The notes under the pieces were generated by a model. It was given only the letters and a program-made list of their open reading frames with translations. It had not been told where the DNA came from and searched no databases. A stretch of DNA of 64,000 nucleotides from positions 11,270 through 75,269 of the forward strand of contig JBBSFB010000015.1 in NCBI GenBank assembly GCA_038239145.1, in the 5' to 3' direction. The position numbers and the translations under genes are program-made. This document shows, in pieces, positions 63,140 to 64,000 of the stretch (position 1 is its first letter; every line of letters begins with the position of its first letter). This stretch comes from Acidimicrobiia bacterium. Its GTDB lineage: Bacteria > Actinomycetota > Acidimicrobiia > IMCC26256 > PALSA-610.

Positions 63140-64000
63140 ACAATGCTCCGCGTCGTGCGCCGATCTTCGGGCCTGAGCTTTGGACGACGTTCGCCGGCCG
63201 CGACTGGTGCCACTTCGACCGGTGGTTCGCGGTCGTGGCAACCGCTGACTTCGGCGGCGACCTCGACGCCCTCGAACGCGAACTCGTCCGCACTCTGCGT
63301 TCCTCACTGCACGGTCGCCGTGACACCGAAGCCAAGCTGAGCCACCTCGTCGACCTGCGCGCGCGCATGTCCGCCGCGAGTATCCGCGCGTCCGAGCTGG
63401 CCGCGGTGGTCGAGCCGGACAAGACCACGGTGGCGAAGGCACGCCGCAAGGTGCTCGACCAGGCGCTCGAAGGCCGCGCGATGACCGACGCCATGCGGGC
63501 CACACCGCGTCTGCTGCTGAACCGTCGCGCGCGCTACGGGCACTGGAGTCAGTTCCCGGAGGACCCGGCCCGCTGGTACGACAAGCTCGCGGGTCGGCGT
63601 CCGTCGATCGACGTGTCGGAAGGACGCAGCTTCGCGGTCGTGCGCCAACTGAGCGAGCGGCTCGTCCGTTACGACGGGCCCCGCCGCCCGGTTGCCGATC
63701 GCCTTGCTCTGTACCGTGCGTTCCAGACCGTCGGCGTTGAGCTCGCCGAGCGCGGTGACGACTCCTACGGCAACATCGGCCAGCTCCGCCTCGAGGCGTT
63801 CACCACGTACTTGGGCATCGACTGGCCCGCGACCGACATGGCACCTGAGCACTACTGGCAAGACCTGTGCGAGCTGCTCGTCTCCGACGACTACGCGCTC
63901 ACCTACCGCCACGAGACGCTCCCCTTCCAACGGGTCCGTGCCGCGCAGGCCGAGATGATCGAGGCCATCCTCCTTGGGCTGGCTTACGAGTACCGCGCCG
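63136..64000 (+). CDS. Hypothetical protein, partial (runs off the window end)
   Basis: The ATG at 63136 overlaps the upstream TGA (ATGA). The frame is open for 288 codons to the window end, so it is not in the ORF track. Coding-like composition. No family recognised. Confidence 0.55.
   Translation, partial: MNNAPRRAPIFGPELWTTFAGRDWCHFDRWFAVVATADFGGDLDALERELVRTLRSSLHGRRDTEAKLSHLVDLRARMSAASIRASELAAVVEPDKTTVAKARRKVLDQALEGRAMTDAMRATPRLLLNRRARYGHWSQFPEDPARWYDKLAGRRPSIDVSEGRSFAVVRQLSERLVRYDGPRRPVADRLALYRAFQTVGVELAERGDDSYGNIGQLRLEAFTTYLGIDWPATDMAPEHYWQDLCELLVSDDYALTYRHETLPFQRVRAAQAEMIEAILLGLAYEYRA

Larger units (their letters stand above)
61741..64000. mobile_element. Left part of a second, related integrated element Y (continues beyond the window)
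   Basis: It starts with the same att fragment plus arm as element X and carries homologs of two X genes in the same order. Confidence 0.45.

Noticed and set aside
1-64000. A search for CRISPR arrays, rRNA genes, IS-element terminal inverted repeats with transposases, and riboswitch-like conserved cores in the larger intergenic regions.
   Set aside because: I saw no regularly spaced repeat arrays, no rRNA-like sequence and no transposase-like ORF. I recognised no riboswitch core by eye. A covariance-model scan (Rfam/Infernal) would be needed to exclude small RNAs.

Overview
This is a high-GC, actinobacterial-type chromosome segment. The taxon call is an inference from a WhiB7-like regulator, a mycothiol-type MDMPI enzyme, an F420-type nitroreductase and an MptB-like mannosyltransferase. 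About 65 genes are supportable. Many long ORFs in the track are antisense or shadow frames typical of high-GC DNA, and I did not call them.

Layout:
- 1-11.7 kb: two tandem OmpR/histidine-kinase pairs, a lipoprotein, a two-ATPase FtsX-type ABC exporter, a YVTN propeller lipoprotein, a pseudo-receiver, a frameshifted PAP2 phosphatase and DedA.
- About 12.0-17.8 kb: a small integrative mobilizable element next to tRNA-Val(TAC). It carries a tyrosine integrase, an excisionase-family HTH protein and a MobF relaxase, preceded by about 1.5 kb of ORF-poor, iteron-bearing DNA.
- 18-48 kb: core genes. These include whiB7 with an attenuator-type leader, two IMPase paralogs, and a PAS-GGDEF-EAL gene divergent from a zinc-ribbon adenylate-cyclase/AAA/TPR giant. 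There is also a translationally coupled glycoside/amino-sugar operon with two GH4 paralogs, two ferritin-like proteins, a TauD pseudogene, a GH5 enzyme and a methyltransferase.
- 48-54.4 kb: envelope-type genes.
- 54.5-64 kb: an integration hotspot with several tRNA 3'-half fragments and two related, tandemly integrated elements that share a ~220-nt arm.

The best candidate for a poorly characterised system is in the first tandem element. It is an archaeo-eukaryotic-primase/SF2-helicase fusion, tightly linked to an unknown 268-aa protein and flanked by a toxin-antitoxin pair and a tyrosine integrase.

All calls rest on my own reading of translations and motifs. No database search or numerical GC calculation was possible.
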